Assembly (NCBI GenBank): GCA_021613535.1
Contig: CP075496.1
Coordinates: 62,001-126,000, forward strand
Length of the DNA stretch: 64,000 nucleotides
Source of the DNA: Adineta vaga
Lineage: Eukaryota; Animalia; Rotifera
Direction of reading: 5' to 3'
Shown one piece after another: positions 1 through 12,900 of the stretch. The notes under the pieces were generated by a model. It was not told where the DNA came from. It searched no databases and saw only the letters and a list, made by a program, of their open reading frames with translations. The position numbers and the translations under genes are program-made. The stretch's first letter is position 1; each line of letters starts with the position of its first letter.

Positions 1-823
1 AAATGATCAACCTATGTTATTAGTTGATTATTATGAGAAAACACAACCTATTGAATGCACAACTGCTGCTAATGAACAAAAATTTCAATATAAATATATA
101 AGATGTGTTGATACGAGGACCAAAGCAACCTGTTTGATTGAAACTTACGATTTCATCGAAAAATGTGTTTTTTTTTCAAGCCTGCAACAATGTTGCTCAC
201 TTTTATCGATTTCCTACACTTCATCACAGTACATAGATGTTCAAACTTTATACTTTATCAAAGAAGATGGTATATTTATTTTTAAATAAACTTCTAAACT
301 GTGTCAGTTTGTCCATAAAAACAATCTACTTCATCTCAATAAGAAATATTTAAATTTAAGGAGCACTCATTTATAACGTTACATTGCAGTAATCTAGTTT
401 TCTATTCTACAAACCGACCAAAATTTTACCAACTTTTGTTCTAAAACAATTGTCATTATTATATCTCTAAAAATAAATTATATTCACTATTTCAAGGCAC
501 TTCAACATAATCGTTCACCTCTTCAAACACCGACGACGTTTGATGAAAGAATATTTCACAGAGTTCAGCTGATAAAAAGCGACTCTTCTTATACAAATCG
601 ATTAAAATTCCAAAAATCCATTAAAATCAATTTTCTGTCGATATTTAATCAGAAAATGTAACATTAATCAGATTTTTCTGATTTTCAACAAAAAATCGAT
701 TTTAATCAGATTTTTTATATGTTTTTTTTACATGGGTAGTGACCTCTGTACATGTCTCAGTATTCTAAAATACAATATTTGAATCCTAAAACAACACTAA
801 GGAAAATAGAAAACGTTACAAAA

Positions 824-1115
824 AATCACCCTGACTGCGATGGAGATTTCATTTATTTGAATGGAAAATGTGGTAATGGTGGAAGTGTTGGTCAGACTGA
901 CACACGCACACCATTCGATGTGCTCTATGGTGCTACGTAAAAAATGTTCTATCCTAACTCTGAAATAGTTGCAGTGCTCTCAACTGGTTGGTATAATTGA
1001 GGACGTCGATGTGGAAAAATGACAACTATTTATGAAAATGGAAAGTCAACAAAAGCTATGGTTGTATCGATGAATGTGATTCCATATATGATTGTGATGA
1101 TGAATATACATACTC
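824..1115 (+). pseudogene. Kiwellin / ripening-related-protein-like pseudogene
   Basis: DCDGDFIYLNGKC resembles the kiwellin N-terminal DCDGQLICIKGKC. The same frame continues past TAA(938-940) as EIVAVLSTGWYN*GRRCGKMTTIYENGKSTKAMVV, then after a frameshift DECDSIYDCDDE, matching the family motif VVALSTGW..RCGK..NG.S..A.VVDECDS..CD. The C-terminus is lost at the telomeric cassette. Confidence 0.8.
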
Positions 1116-1128
1116 GTTCTTAATTCTA

Positions 1129-1232
1129 AGGGTGTTATTAGAAGGGTGAAGGTGTGGGTGTTTGTAACACTACTACATCATTGTATTCGTCTCACACCCA
1201 CTTACATCCACCCACACCCACACCCACACCCT
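1129..1232. repeat. Head-to-head telomeric-repeat cassette
   Basis: G arm AGGGTGT..AGGGTGAAGGTGTGGGTGT, ~30-nt spacer, C arm (CACCCA)n ending ACCCT. Confidence 0.8.
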
Positions 1233-1613
1233 ATTTAGACCGATGAGAAAAATTAAAACAACTAGATAGGTCGACATTTTATTATCTAAAGTGACAAATA
1301 CCGGATACTTTAGTGTATTATATCTCGAAAGACATCTATTTATAATTTGATAGGGACGTATTGCATACACATTAGCGGTAATTTTGTCAAGGTACATCAA
1401 AAATCGAGTTTCCTGGAAGAATTTATTCTTTGATATGTTGAGAAAACAGAAGTGAAGGATATTTTTATACTATTTAATGAAGAACTCAGCCTTCACGGTA
1501 ACTCCAATTGTGATACTACTCATTCTTACGCACCCGTTAATAGTTTATAGTTTGAAGCATTTATTTCGAGATAAATATGACCCTATAATGAATAAAACGG
1601 GTGTGTACTAGCT

Positions 1614-1656
1614 GCCATGACGCGTTTCGATCCAGCTACGGATCTCATCAGATGGC
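1614..1656 (-). ncRNA. Minimal type I hammerhead ribozyme
   Basis: Minus strand GCCAT-CTGATGA-GATCC-gtagct-GGATC-GAAA-CGCG-TC-ATGGC: intact core, stems I and II, palindromic mini stem III. Confidence 0.9.
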
Positions 1657-1831
1657 TTATTACCCTAATTCTGATCAAAATTCAATCAACGAAATTTATA
1701 AAAATCTAGTCAGTTAAAATTCAAAACAAAATCAAAACCCTCTATTCGGTTATAAAATGAATTCCTCCTAATTAAAGGAAAAAATCAATTCTATAATGAT
1801 AGAATAATTTTAGCGGTGTGAGTAAGATCCA

Positions 1832-1874
1832 CGATGATCGGTTTCGACTGAATTCCACAGTCTCATCAGAAGGC
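1832..1874 (-). ncRNA. Degenerate hammerhead ribozyme
   Basis: CTGATGA-GACTG-tggaatt-CAGTC-GAAA-CCGA-TC; stem I is poorly paired. Confidence 0.7.
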
Positions 1875-2114
1875 TTATAGGTTAACTCTGATCAAAAATC
1901 TCAATCAACCAAATTTATGAAAATCGAGTCAATTAAAATTCAAATCATACTCGTTTGGCTTTCGGTTTAGTCGTAAAATCAAGGGAAGTTTTAGGAGAAT
2001 TTTGTAGTTGTTAAATTTTTAGTATTTTATCTGAAATGAAAAAAACGAATCATTGAATATATGTCTTTACAAGAGTTGTAGATTTAAAGGAAAGAACTTT
2101 TTGAAACAAATAGG

Positions 2115-5100
2115 CAGTGGCGGGCCGGTGAAAAAATTTCAGGGGGGGGGGGCAATAAATTAGACTGGAATTCTTAAAATTTTTTTATTCCCATTACAAC
2201 AGATATTTGTTTTTTTCTGCGCCGGAAACGTTTTCACTAATATTTCTGGCACTTCTACTTACAAACAGTTTCCTTGTGTTCATAAAAACTTTATCTAATT
2301 GCTATGTCTTTCGAAGATTTTTTGGCAGTAATGATATATTTGAATAAGATGATTATTATGTATAAATGATTTTCATTAAAATCTACTTTTATTCTTTTCA
2401 TATTTAATGCAATTCCTAAATACACATGATAACAAACATATTGGCTATAAGAGAAAAAACAAAACGACTTTTTAGTAAGAAAATTGACTTTGTCGAGTTT
2501 CGTTCTTCATAACAAACTTTGTTACAATTTTATCAATATCAATGGTTATGTCTTTCTCAATATGAATCAATGCCAGAGCAGATAAACGTTCCTGATCCAT
2601 TGTACTTCGTAAATAAGTTTTCAAACGTCTTAAAGACGAGAAACTTCTTTCACATTCGCAGACATTTACTGGAATTGTCCATAAAATGCGAAGCAATTGA
2701 TTCATAGTTGGTAATACGAGATGAAAGCTTTTTTGAAGAAAAAATTTAGTAATCGACTTGATGTCAATGTTCATTGATTGTTGTTGATTAATTGCTGTTT
2801 TATATATTAATTGTTCACTTTTGCAGTCGGTGTAATTCAAATCATAAAATCTAGTTAACTGTTGAATTTCATCAAATGAAAGTAAATCTTTCGTCAAAAA
2901 CAACTTTTCACATAGAATAACAATATCAACATTATTTTCATCAAATCTATTGTCAATAGCAGTTATTATCTTATCGATAACGGCAAAATATGAATTTATA
3001 CGATAATTATCTTTGATTGAAAGATCATTTGGAATAACATAACCATCACCTAACTTTGCTGGAAATTTTCTTTTTCGGATATCAACTTGATCATCAATAC
3101 CATTGTCTTCACAAATATCGATTGTTTTCTTCCAAAATTCTTCGAACTTCAAATCTGTTCGTAATCCTGTTAATGTATCAATTGTAAGTTTTACATGAAC
3201 TAATGCATCAGTTAATGAAACATTTGAATGCTGTAAATATTTTGATAATATATTTGTTATTGAATAAATTTCATACATGATAATCAAATGAAAAATGAAA
3301 TCCAGTCTTTTAATTGTATTTAACATAATAAGTCCATTACTAGCTGTTTCCAAAGCATCGATTATTTGTGAATATCGATTGAGTATAACAGTCAAACATT
3401 CCGATCGACAAGTCCATCGAGTCTCATATAATCGTTTCATTACGAATGACTTTAATCCAGTTTCTTTTTGTATATCTTCAAATAGATGGTGACGTTTGGC
3501 TGATCCTTCAAAGTAATTGTATAGAGCTTGAACAACACCGAAATTATTTCGAATTGGTATAATAGCGGATGAAACATCAACCAAGCACAAGTTGAGTACG
3601 TGACCATTACAATGGATATAAATAGCTACAATTGAACGGAATATAGTCATATATAAAGTTATTATTTAATTAGTAGACAATAAAGTTCGTTTTAATATAA
3701 AAGTTAAAATTACCACATACCTTTTGGTGCTAATTGTTTCATTCGAGCTGCAACACCTTTATATTCACCACGCATAGAACTAGCACCATCATAACATTGA
3801 CCAACAATATTTTCCATATCCAAACCAAGTTGTTTGATCCATGAAACTAATAAATTAAACAAGCCTTCACCTGTTGTATCAAAAGTTCGTTCGAAACCAA
3901 GAAAGCGTTCATAGACATTGAAAAATTCATCAACATATCGAATTACTAGTGACACTTGTTGATGATTTGCAATATCTGTAGTTTCATCAATCATAACTGA
4001 AAAATACTTGAATTTCTTTATATCCGATACAATTTGTTCAGTAATATTTTCCTGGATTAAAATCAAGAGTTCATTTTGAATCTTGTGATCAGTATATTTC
4101 AATGAGGAAAGTTTCTTTTTGATGAGATCATTATCGAAACTACGAATTTCAAGTAATTCAAGGAAGTTGCCACGATTTTCAGCTTCACCATCTTCACGAT
4201 GTCCTCGTAAAGGTAGACATTGTTTACCTAGAAAAATTAATGTTCGAATAATTTCTTTCAGGTAGAGGCGATTTTCTTCAACTTGTTCATTGAAACTTCG
4301 ATTAATTTGCATCAATACATTCGTATTATTAATTCGATTCTTTTCAGCCATTATCCAAGCTTCATGTGCTTGTTTATGTGAAAAACTTGACTGATGTTTA
4401 TTAAATTTTTCAACAGCTTTTTTCCAGTTATTATAACCAATGAGTGTAAATACTTTATCAGACTTCAAAGGATCATAAGCAAATCGACAACAAAAGCAAT
4501 AGGCTTTATCAATGGTAATACTATATTCAAGCCATAGGTATTTTTCAAACCATCGATGACAAAAATGTCGTTGATCAATACTTGGATAATTGTATTTCGG
4601 TTGATACGGCCCAAGTGAAACAAACTCTTTTGCGTAAGTTGGACCACGTGCTGGATCTCGTTGAACAGATTCGACCGATATTATACCACAATTACTAGCT
4701 GCATGTGAACGTTCAAGAGCTGATTCACTATTAACACTATGAATTATTGTTGGTGTTGTAGATGTCGACGTTGAACATATGGAAGATAATGTTGATGGTG
4801 ACGAGATGCAAGATGATGTTGCTGTTGAAAAGGTAAAAGATGACATTGATGTTGAAGATGTAGAATATAACGTTGATGTTGTAGAATTATTTAAATTTGA
4901 CATTTGATCAGATGAATATTCGTCTACAGTCGATTGGATCGATTCACATGCATTCGTTTGTACAACAACATCAGCTTTTTTTCTTGATGAAGTAAAATTC
5001 CAGTGTACCTTTTTCAGACATACTGTAAAAAATTGATTACTATTATTTGAGAAGAAATATATTATTACATATAAATTGATTGATATTAGAATTGAAAATT

Positions 5101-5294
5101 TTTTAAAAATCTCGCTTCTAATGGTTCACAGATGCATCCAATAAGAAAAATACTTATGTATACTAGTATAGATGGAGTTATAATCGTGCGAAAAACATTT
5201 GTAATACTAGGGGGCAATAAATTTTTATTGCCCCCTAGAAATTTTTTCAGGGGGGGCAATTGACCCCCCTCGCCCCCTAGCTGGCCCGCCAATG
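2115..5294 (-). mobile_element. hAT DNA transposon (ZMYM1/DUF4371-type)
   Basis: TIRs CAGTGGCGGGCCGG / CATTGGCGGGCCAG(rc), GGGGGCAA subterminal motifs, internal transposase; no matching 8-bp TSD. Confidence 0.85.
2472..5021 (-). CDS. hAT transposase (TTF-type zinc finger, DUF4371, hAT C-terminal dimerisation); 2 exons, intron 3626-3720
   Basis: Motifs WLEYS..AYCFCCR, MIDETTD, GQCYDGA, YIHCNGHVLNL (restored by a GT-AG splice), ETRW, CERSFSSL. The ATG at 5021 is out of frame by one A in a homopolymer; the next ATG is at 4903. Confidence 0.85.
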
Positions 5295-6325
5295 TCAACG
5301 ATGGTTTAGTAAGTAAAAGCGAATTTTCCTCTAATAGTATGTTTTGATCAAATTGTAGAATGATTCTCAACGACCATTGAAAAAGTCTCGAACTGAAATA
5401 TCTGTTGATCCATTTGCACAATTACGAACTTTATCATTAGAAACTTCAAAACCAAGCATCAAAGATGAACTTTGTGCTGAATTATCTCATTATAGTAAAC
5501 TTTCATTTTCAACCACTTCAACTTCAGATAATCCATCTTTATTGCTTCTCGATTTTTGGCGTACAAATGAAAAACGTTTACCATTGTTATCTACTATTGC
5601 TAAGAGAATTCTTGTTATACAAGGATCCAGCTCCGAATCAGAGCGTCATTTCTCAGCTGGTGGTACTATTGTATCTGAAAAACGTAGTCGAGCTAGTGCC
5701 TCGACTGTTGAACCATTAGTTGTTCTACATGAATGTTATCTCAATGGCCAATGACCTGATTGCTTAGCCGAAAGTGAAAAAGGAAAATCTGGAATTGATA
5801 ACAACAGTACAGTGCTTACTCCCGATGTTGTTTCATTATAGGTCATCACATTAATATGATGAGATCAAATCGTTTTATATACATTGATCTGATGAGCAAA
5901 TTGTTGTTTTTGTTTTAGCTTATATTACTGCATTTGAAGAAACTATGTGAAATGAAAAGGATGTTTATTAAATAAAATGAAGATATTGAATAACACATGG
6001 TTGATGGTGTATAAACTAATAAGATGTTCGAGATATGTGGAGATCATCAGTTTAAAGAAAAGTGTTTGATTAATGTTAATTTCGTTCATTAAATAACAAA
6101 CAGTCTGATGGATAGTTTAAGAAAGTCTATTCATGAAATTATTTTATTTATAATAGTTGCATGTCTACTCGAGGCTAAGGCACAAAACTTTTACCGGTAA
6201 CTGTCGGTAGACCGGTAAGAAACCGGTAGACCGATAAAACCGGTAAACCGGCCGGTCCGGTCCGGTCTGACTATTTTAGACCGGTACCGGTACCGATCAT
6301 CGAAAATTCAGACCGGTTCCATCTA
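5295..6325 (+). mobile_element. 3' fragment of a second hAT element
   Basis: hATC motif FW..NEKRLPLLS.IAKRIL.IQGSSSESERHFS (5377-5754), ACCGGT subterminal array 6193-6320, end CCATCTA. Confidence 0.8.
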
Positions 6326-6881
6326 TGTTCCAGGGCATGCAAATACCGCCCTACGTGTCCTATGGACATCTCTGAATGGGAATACGTTTAAAAAATAGTT
6401 TAGTCAGAAGCAAGATCAAACAACATACGATCGTGTTAAAAACACGATGAGAAAGGAAAAAATGAACACTGTTTATTACCAATCTTTACAATTGCATTAC
6501 GTGCTGCATGAATAATTTGTAATATAATGATAGAAAGCATAAAATAACATTTATTTTGCTTGAAAGTGACAATTTAGCAAGAAGTCTAAGCGGATGATTA
6601 GATTACCGTGCCGTCGCCCACGATGGCTTCAAAAGCTTTTATATAATCCAGCTGTCACTCTCATAGCAACAGATATTCAGTGTCCATAAATGCAACATTC
6701 TGAAACTCAACGAATCTGATTGATTAGTAATATCAGTTATAGTCCAAAAAAGTCACAAGCTTCAAATTCAAAACATTCTTCTAAAAACCACTGTGGCATT
6801 AGTGGGATACATTGTGGATATGAACGGTAGACAGAATACCACACCTATACCTTCTTTCGACACCAATCATAGAAATTTGAA

Positions 6882-7862
6882 TTATAGATAAAGAAAAAGT
6901 GCTAACATTAATACACTAAAACACTGTATAAGTCTTATAAAACACTTCCGTACTGCCGGCATAGATGAGCACTCGTCACTGCACTTTGTGCCACCATATG
7001 CGCAAGCGAAGAGAACACCATAAATAAAAGATCCTGACGTAGTGAAGACACTCATGTCATACAAGAAACATAATACGGTGGCACAATATGCTGGTGCGTT
7101 TTCAAAAGTATACGATGAATACGATGAATTCTCTGTCCAAATGATGCCCTAAAAATGAAGTTTGAAATGAACATTTTTCATACAGCATAGAATGAACTGT
7201 AACTCACAATGATAGTTCAGGCAACTCTCATCAGAGTAAAAATAATCATAATTATTGTTGCTAGTGAAAGGAACCGCTTTCTTAATGAAACGATGACCGA
7301 TGATCGACGAGCAGCTTTCATTGACAGTAAGTACACAATCTGCAACATTTTATAATATCATTATACTTTATTAAAAAATTCTGATAATGAAATATTATTA
7401 TCAATAGAAGCGGTGAAATTTCCATTGTCATAGCAACTACAGCTTGAACAATAAACCACGCGGTCAACTTCAGACTCATCCCACATTGTTTAGAACATAG
7501 AATAGCAAAAACAATTTTCCCAATAGACATTGCTAATAACACGGTGAATATAAAAATTAGCGCCAACGCACGTCGCAGTTCCTGTAATTGTTTAGAAATA
7601 AAAAATACTGTTCTTTGTTTAAGTTGGCTGAGCGATCGAGAATGATCTGATCTGTTTTGAACAGAAATCTCCTCTGGATATTGTCGAATAATCGCGTCCA
7701 ATGTTGCTATAGTTAGTAAAGGTGGAATATAAATTGCTTCGCTCATTCTTCTGTAAAACAAAAAAATAGAAAACAAAAGAATGAAATTCCGTATAGAACA
7801 TGACTTATTTCAATGTGAATTTTCCTAAAGGAGTAACTGTGAAGAGCTTCGGAACCGTTTTC
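6882..7862 (-). pseudogene. Multi-exon membrane-protein gene, probably disrupted, family unknown
   Basis: Hydrophobic, Cys-containing ORFs 7318-7776 and 6882-7064 with plausible splice sites; exon structure not resolved. Confidence 0.3.
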
Positions 7863-9970
7863 ATATTTCTAAGTGAATTAGTCGATTGTTTGTGAAAGAC
7901 TATTAATGTTTTGATTGATCAAATCAAAGCAAGATTATATTATTCTTTAATTATTCTCTCGTGTATAATATTAGATATTGAAGTCAAAGCTTATGATTAA
8001 TAGGTAAGGAACTTGATTGAAATCGTAATATTTTCTGTCGTGGTAACTGGCGGCTTCTGAAGCTGCGATGAACTCGAGAATGATTATGGTATTCAATACC
8101 ATAGTTTTTAACCACTCCGCTCCGTAACAAAGTAAGTTTCACTATCAGTATTTTGGAAGACAAGGTTTTGTGCAAAGTATAAAGACCGAGTGCATGTCAT
8201 GTCCTCTTATTTGAGATATTTTCTAAGAGTTATCCCAATAAATCTGTTGCCACACGGTGACTTTCGAATAAGGGGCTTTTAAAAAGTTCACTATACCGTC
8301 GAAAAGCAGCTTTCCTGGACTTTGGTAAAATTCAGAAATTCCTGAATCAGTTTTGCTGATTCTGATTAACTATGTAAAAACCGCGGTAAAAAAAACTTTG
8401 GGTATATGCAAAAAAACAATCTAAATCAGGAGTTCACCATTGTTTTTAACTCGAACTAATTAAATTAAGTTATTAAGTGTGAGAATTAAAAGACGTATTA
8501 ACACTTAATATTAACCAATGAAATGATGATTATGGGTTTTATTTTTTAATATTAACTGATAAGCGGTAACTCTTGATTTAATTTTAGGTTAATGTAAATA
8601 GTCCGTCCCTAGACCAGCTGAAATTAGGAACATAGAAACAGAAAATAACCCTGTAGAAGTTAAATAATCAGCTTCAATAAAGATAAAACTGCAAATAGTG
8701 AGCAATCTCTGCTTTACACATGATCTACCTACTTATGATGTTTCTAATATTAACGATTGTAAAAAGAGAACTATCATTGATTTTGAGTTCAATATGATTT
8801 ACTTACATATATAGTTTATTTTCTTGTTACTTTGAAACATTTTTTGCATAATTTCGATATTTATATTCCTCATAACAGAGCAATACCCAGAAAAAAATAT
8901 CAAACAATATATTTTTGACTTACCTATTCTATTCAGATTTTTTTTCAAGAAGCTATGACATTTTATAATCGTACCTGTTTTAGGTCCAGCATACTATTGT
9001 TAGGGGAAATTATTTATTCCTCTTCCCTCATTTCTATGCGCTATGCACTATGTATCCTGTTTTCTTCTCTGTTTTCTATCTTTCTCTCTTTTTACATGAA
9101 CAAATTAATTAGAGATATATGATAACCGTGAGTTGTGTTGACGTCAACGTGATCATATGCATGTCTGTCTTTCTGTATTTTCTTCATGCTCTTCTCATCG
9201 TATTTTGGAACTGTGTCTTTTGTAATAAAATCTTGTTTGTGACACATTTGTTTTTTGATTTTGCATTTATTAGTATGTGACATTCTGAATTGCTTACAAA
9301 AAAGGAAAAAAGGAAAAAAAGAAAAAAAGCGAAGGTTGAGTTTAATTAAGGCTAACTAAGGTGTCAGTGATTCAAGTTGTCATAACTGCAGTTTTTCTAG
9401 CTAGCTCTTTTCCCCTGTATATGAATATTATTAAGATAGTAAGGAAGATACATGGTATTGATTCGTTCATTTCCATACAAAATGAATCCATTTTATCAAT
9501 AGTGATTCATGTCTATTCACTAGTTTTTTTACCCTTTTCAGTCTAGAAAGGTGAACTATTGAATCATTTTTCTCCTTTCTAAATTTATCTCAGTAAAATA
9601 TATCTTCGAGAAAGTGTGAGCCTCCTAAATCTGATTTGTACATTTTCTCTAATCCTCTCTTAATGTATCATTGAGCATCAAATTCCAGTGTCTTTTATTC
9701 AGTTATTGTAAATGAGTCCTTTATCGATACATATGAGCATCGGTGTACTATTCTGCTTGCTACACGGAACTTCCTATTCAAAGCTTCTCGTTGAGTTTTT
9801 AGGTGAAAGGGAAAGGTCTATGCTAGATGTGAAAAGACATGCAAAGAGGCACTGTCTTAACGCTGGTTCTGAGATTTTCCTGCTTTTTTTCAACCATTTT
9901 AGCTTAGAGAGCGCTTTCGACTTTTTCGAGGATGTGGGTTTGGATGCCTTTTCTTGTGCAATACCCACAC

Positions 9971-12900
9971 TCGGGGTGTTACTTTATTTTTATTTTTATT
10001 TAAAATAAAGAATAAAGTAACGAAAAATCTTTATCTTTATTTTATAAAGAAATAAAGAAAATCCATATTCTTTATCTTTATTTTTAAAGCAAAGATTATC
10101 TTTATTCTTCATAAAATAAAGATAAAGGTAAACTTTATATGCAAAATAAAGGTAAAATAAAGAATAAAGTTAATTATTTTTTTATTTAAAAAAAAACAAT
10201 TTATTATTCAAATATCATTATAATTTTTATCGAGTTATTACATGCAAATATCCTATCAATAGAAACATGGAAATCTATTTATGCAATAATGATATTACAA
10301 TGTATATCGGAAGATAAATAAAATGAAATCATCAATATACACACTATCTGTATAGTATGAGATATCAGTGATCTTCTCGACGAGAATACCGTTCTCCATA
10401 TCAAAACTTCAATACACAAATCGCTTTTAAAATATACTGTGTTGTCTAATTTACTTGAAACAGAAGCAAAAGTCTTGTATCTATTTTACAGAAATGATGT
10501 ATATGATATTTTTCTATGGAATAAACTTATTTCTATTTAAGATTTTATCATTGTCATAGTTGATATATATCTGTAGATATTTCATTAAATTATTATTATA
10601 CAATCAACTGTATTCTCTATGTCTCATATAACATAATAAAGAATGCTTATAATATTCGATTAATATATTCAAACCATAGTTCATTCGATAATAAAATAAA
10701 AGAGATAGATTAGTCTATCACAGAGTATTAAGTGCATTTTAAGTACATAAAAAAAGAACAAGGCACACTCTCAGAGAGAGAGGGGGAAGTAAAAATTTTG
10801 TACGTATATTTTAATGAATATAATTTGTATACGTCCGTTAATAAAATGAAATGAAAAGAAAAGAAAAGAAAAACCGTTGTAGCTATTTTGACGATTGATA
10901 TAAATAAAACATAAACACATACAATCATTGAATCAAAATACGACTTATACATATTCAAACTAATACTAATCATATTGAAAAAAGAATGAATCATGATATC
11001 TCTAATGATCAATTATCATTGTCATCTGATAATCACGGCGTGTCTAGTCGAAGAGCTTCATCTAGAATAAGTCCGAAGGAAACTGCAAGTCCACGACGGC
11101 GATCGACTGCTCGAAGTGCAATTTCGAAGAAAAGTACTTCCAGCAATTCAAGAAAATCATCCAAAGGAACACCACAAACAAGAAAAAAACAGATTCAAAA
11201 TCATTTAGATTTAGAATCAGAAATGGATTATTCAAATAATGATCGAATTGATGAATCGAATTTAGGTGATAATCAGAAAGATGAAGAACAAACTTTACTT
11301 GATATGTCAACTGCTAGTGCGGATACAGTTATCATGGAAAATTTCAATAAAAAAAAAACATCGGAAAAAACACCTACTGAATATTTTAGCAAACCTGATG
11401 ACAATGGCAAAGTTCAATGTTCCATTTGTTCAAAAGTAAGATAATTCATTACTCGCTTCTTTGTAAGAACTTATATGCGAAAAAACTATAGTTTAAACAA
11501 ATGAGATCGTATTTCTTTGATGAGCGAGAATGAGGAAATATATTTGAAGTCTTGTAAAGAAAAGTAAATGCTCTCCTTCGTCTTCTTTTAATTTTATTTA
11601 TTTGTTGCTTCTATGTAGAAATATACATACAATCAGTTTTCCGATAGCAACTTAAGAAGTCATCTTGGTTTTAAACATGGTTTATATAAGTTTCTGTATC
11701 CATCTCAATTAAAACAACGAGATAATATTGGAAAAAAAACTCCAATCTCATCACATTTGAAGAAACAATTTGATGCAGCAGCCATCAAATGCATTGTAAA
11801 AGATGGTATATCTTTTGGAACGTTTCGACGTGATGGTATGCAAGAATTTTTGAATACAATCAAACCAGGCTATCGTGGACCATCTCGACAAACTGTTCGA
11901 AAACATCTCGACAAATTATACCAAGAGCGAAGATCTTTGTTAAAAGAAAAATTTAAAACAATTCCATTTATATCTTTAACAACAGACATCTGGATGAGTC
12001 CTCGACGACATCATTTCTTAGTAATTACTGCTCATTATCATGATGAATATTATCAATTATTTTCTGATGTTATTTCTTTTCGGTGCTTTCGTGGTCGACA
12101 TTTAGCTGTTCGATTAAGAAAATTTCTTCTTAATGAAATTAAGAAATTAAATATTGAATCAAAAGTCTTTTCAATAACTACTGATAATGGTAGCGATATC
12201 AAATCTGCAACTTCATCACAAGAATTTGGTATTAGATTTTCTTGTGATGCTCACAATATCAATCGAACAATATCAACTGGTTTTGATTTGTGGAAAAAAA
12301 TATCAAAAAGGTAAATCAAGATTGCACTTTAACGAAAGGAATATAGAAATGTTGGCCTCTCCTTTTCCTTATTTCCTACAGATAGAACAGATATAATAGA
12401 TTTGAAAGATTTCATATTTCAAACAATTGGATTCCATGCTTCTTTTTTTATCAGTTGTACTATATAATATTTTCATGCGTTTTTTCATGTTTAGTAAGAA
12501 TAACGAATCGATGCCTTCAACAACATCTTCATCTTCGACAACAACAGCAACATCTGCATCAACATCAACAAAAACAGCTACATCTAATGAATATTATCAT
12601 GAATTCGATGATGAAACAGAAAAACAACGTTTAATTGATATAGGTGTTACTTTCGACGAATGGATCAATATGGATGAAAATGATGATGATGATGATGATG
12701 AAGACGATGAAAATTATGTGCCAACATTAGGTGATGACGATGCTAGTGATAGTGGTTCAGATAGTTCTGAAGATGAGAATGATTCATTATTAACATCATC
12801 ACAACAAGATCGCCGAATACAAGATGAAGAAGACGATGAAGAGATACATAAATTATTATCAAATCCTGCTGAATTAAAAAAACGAATTTCTTCTTTATTA

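Larger units (their letters stand above)
1598..1945 (-). mobile_element. Two tandem Athena/Terminon-like pLTR remnants
   Basis: Two diverged copies (~1598-1725 and ~1813-1945) share atcagaWggcttat..ctgatcaaaa..tcaatcaac.aaatttat..aaaattcaaa. Each has a hammerhead next to a GGTGTG motif. Confidence 0.65.

Noticed and set aside
595-736. AATCAGA-rich repeats ending TTTTTACATGGG, a possible transposon end
   Set aside because: No partner TIR or coding sequence in the window
6193-6320. ACCGGT palindromic array, superficially CRISPR-like
   Set aside because: No constant repeat-spacer period; hAT subterminal motifs
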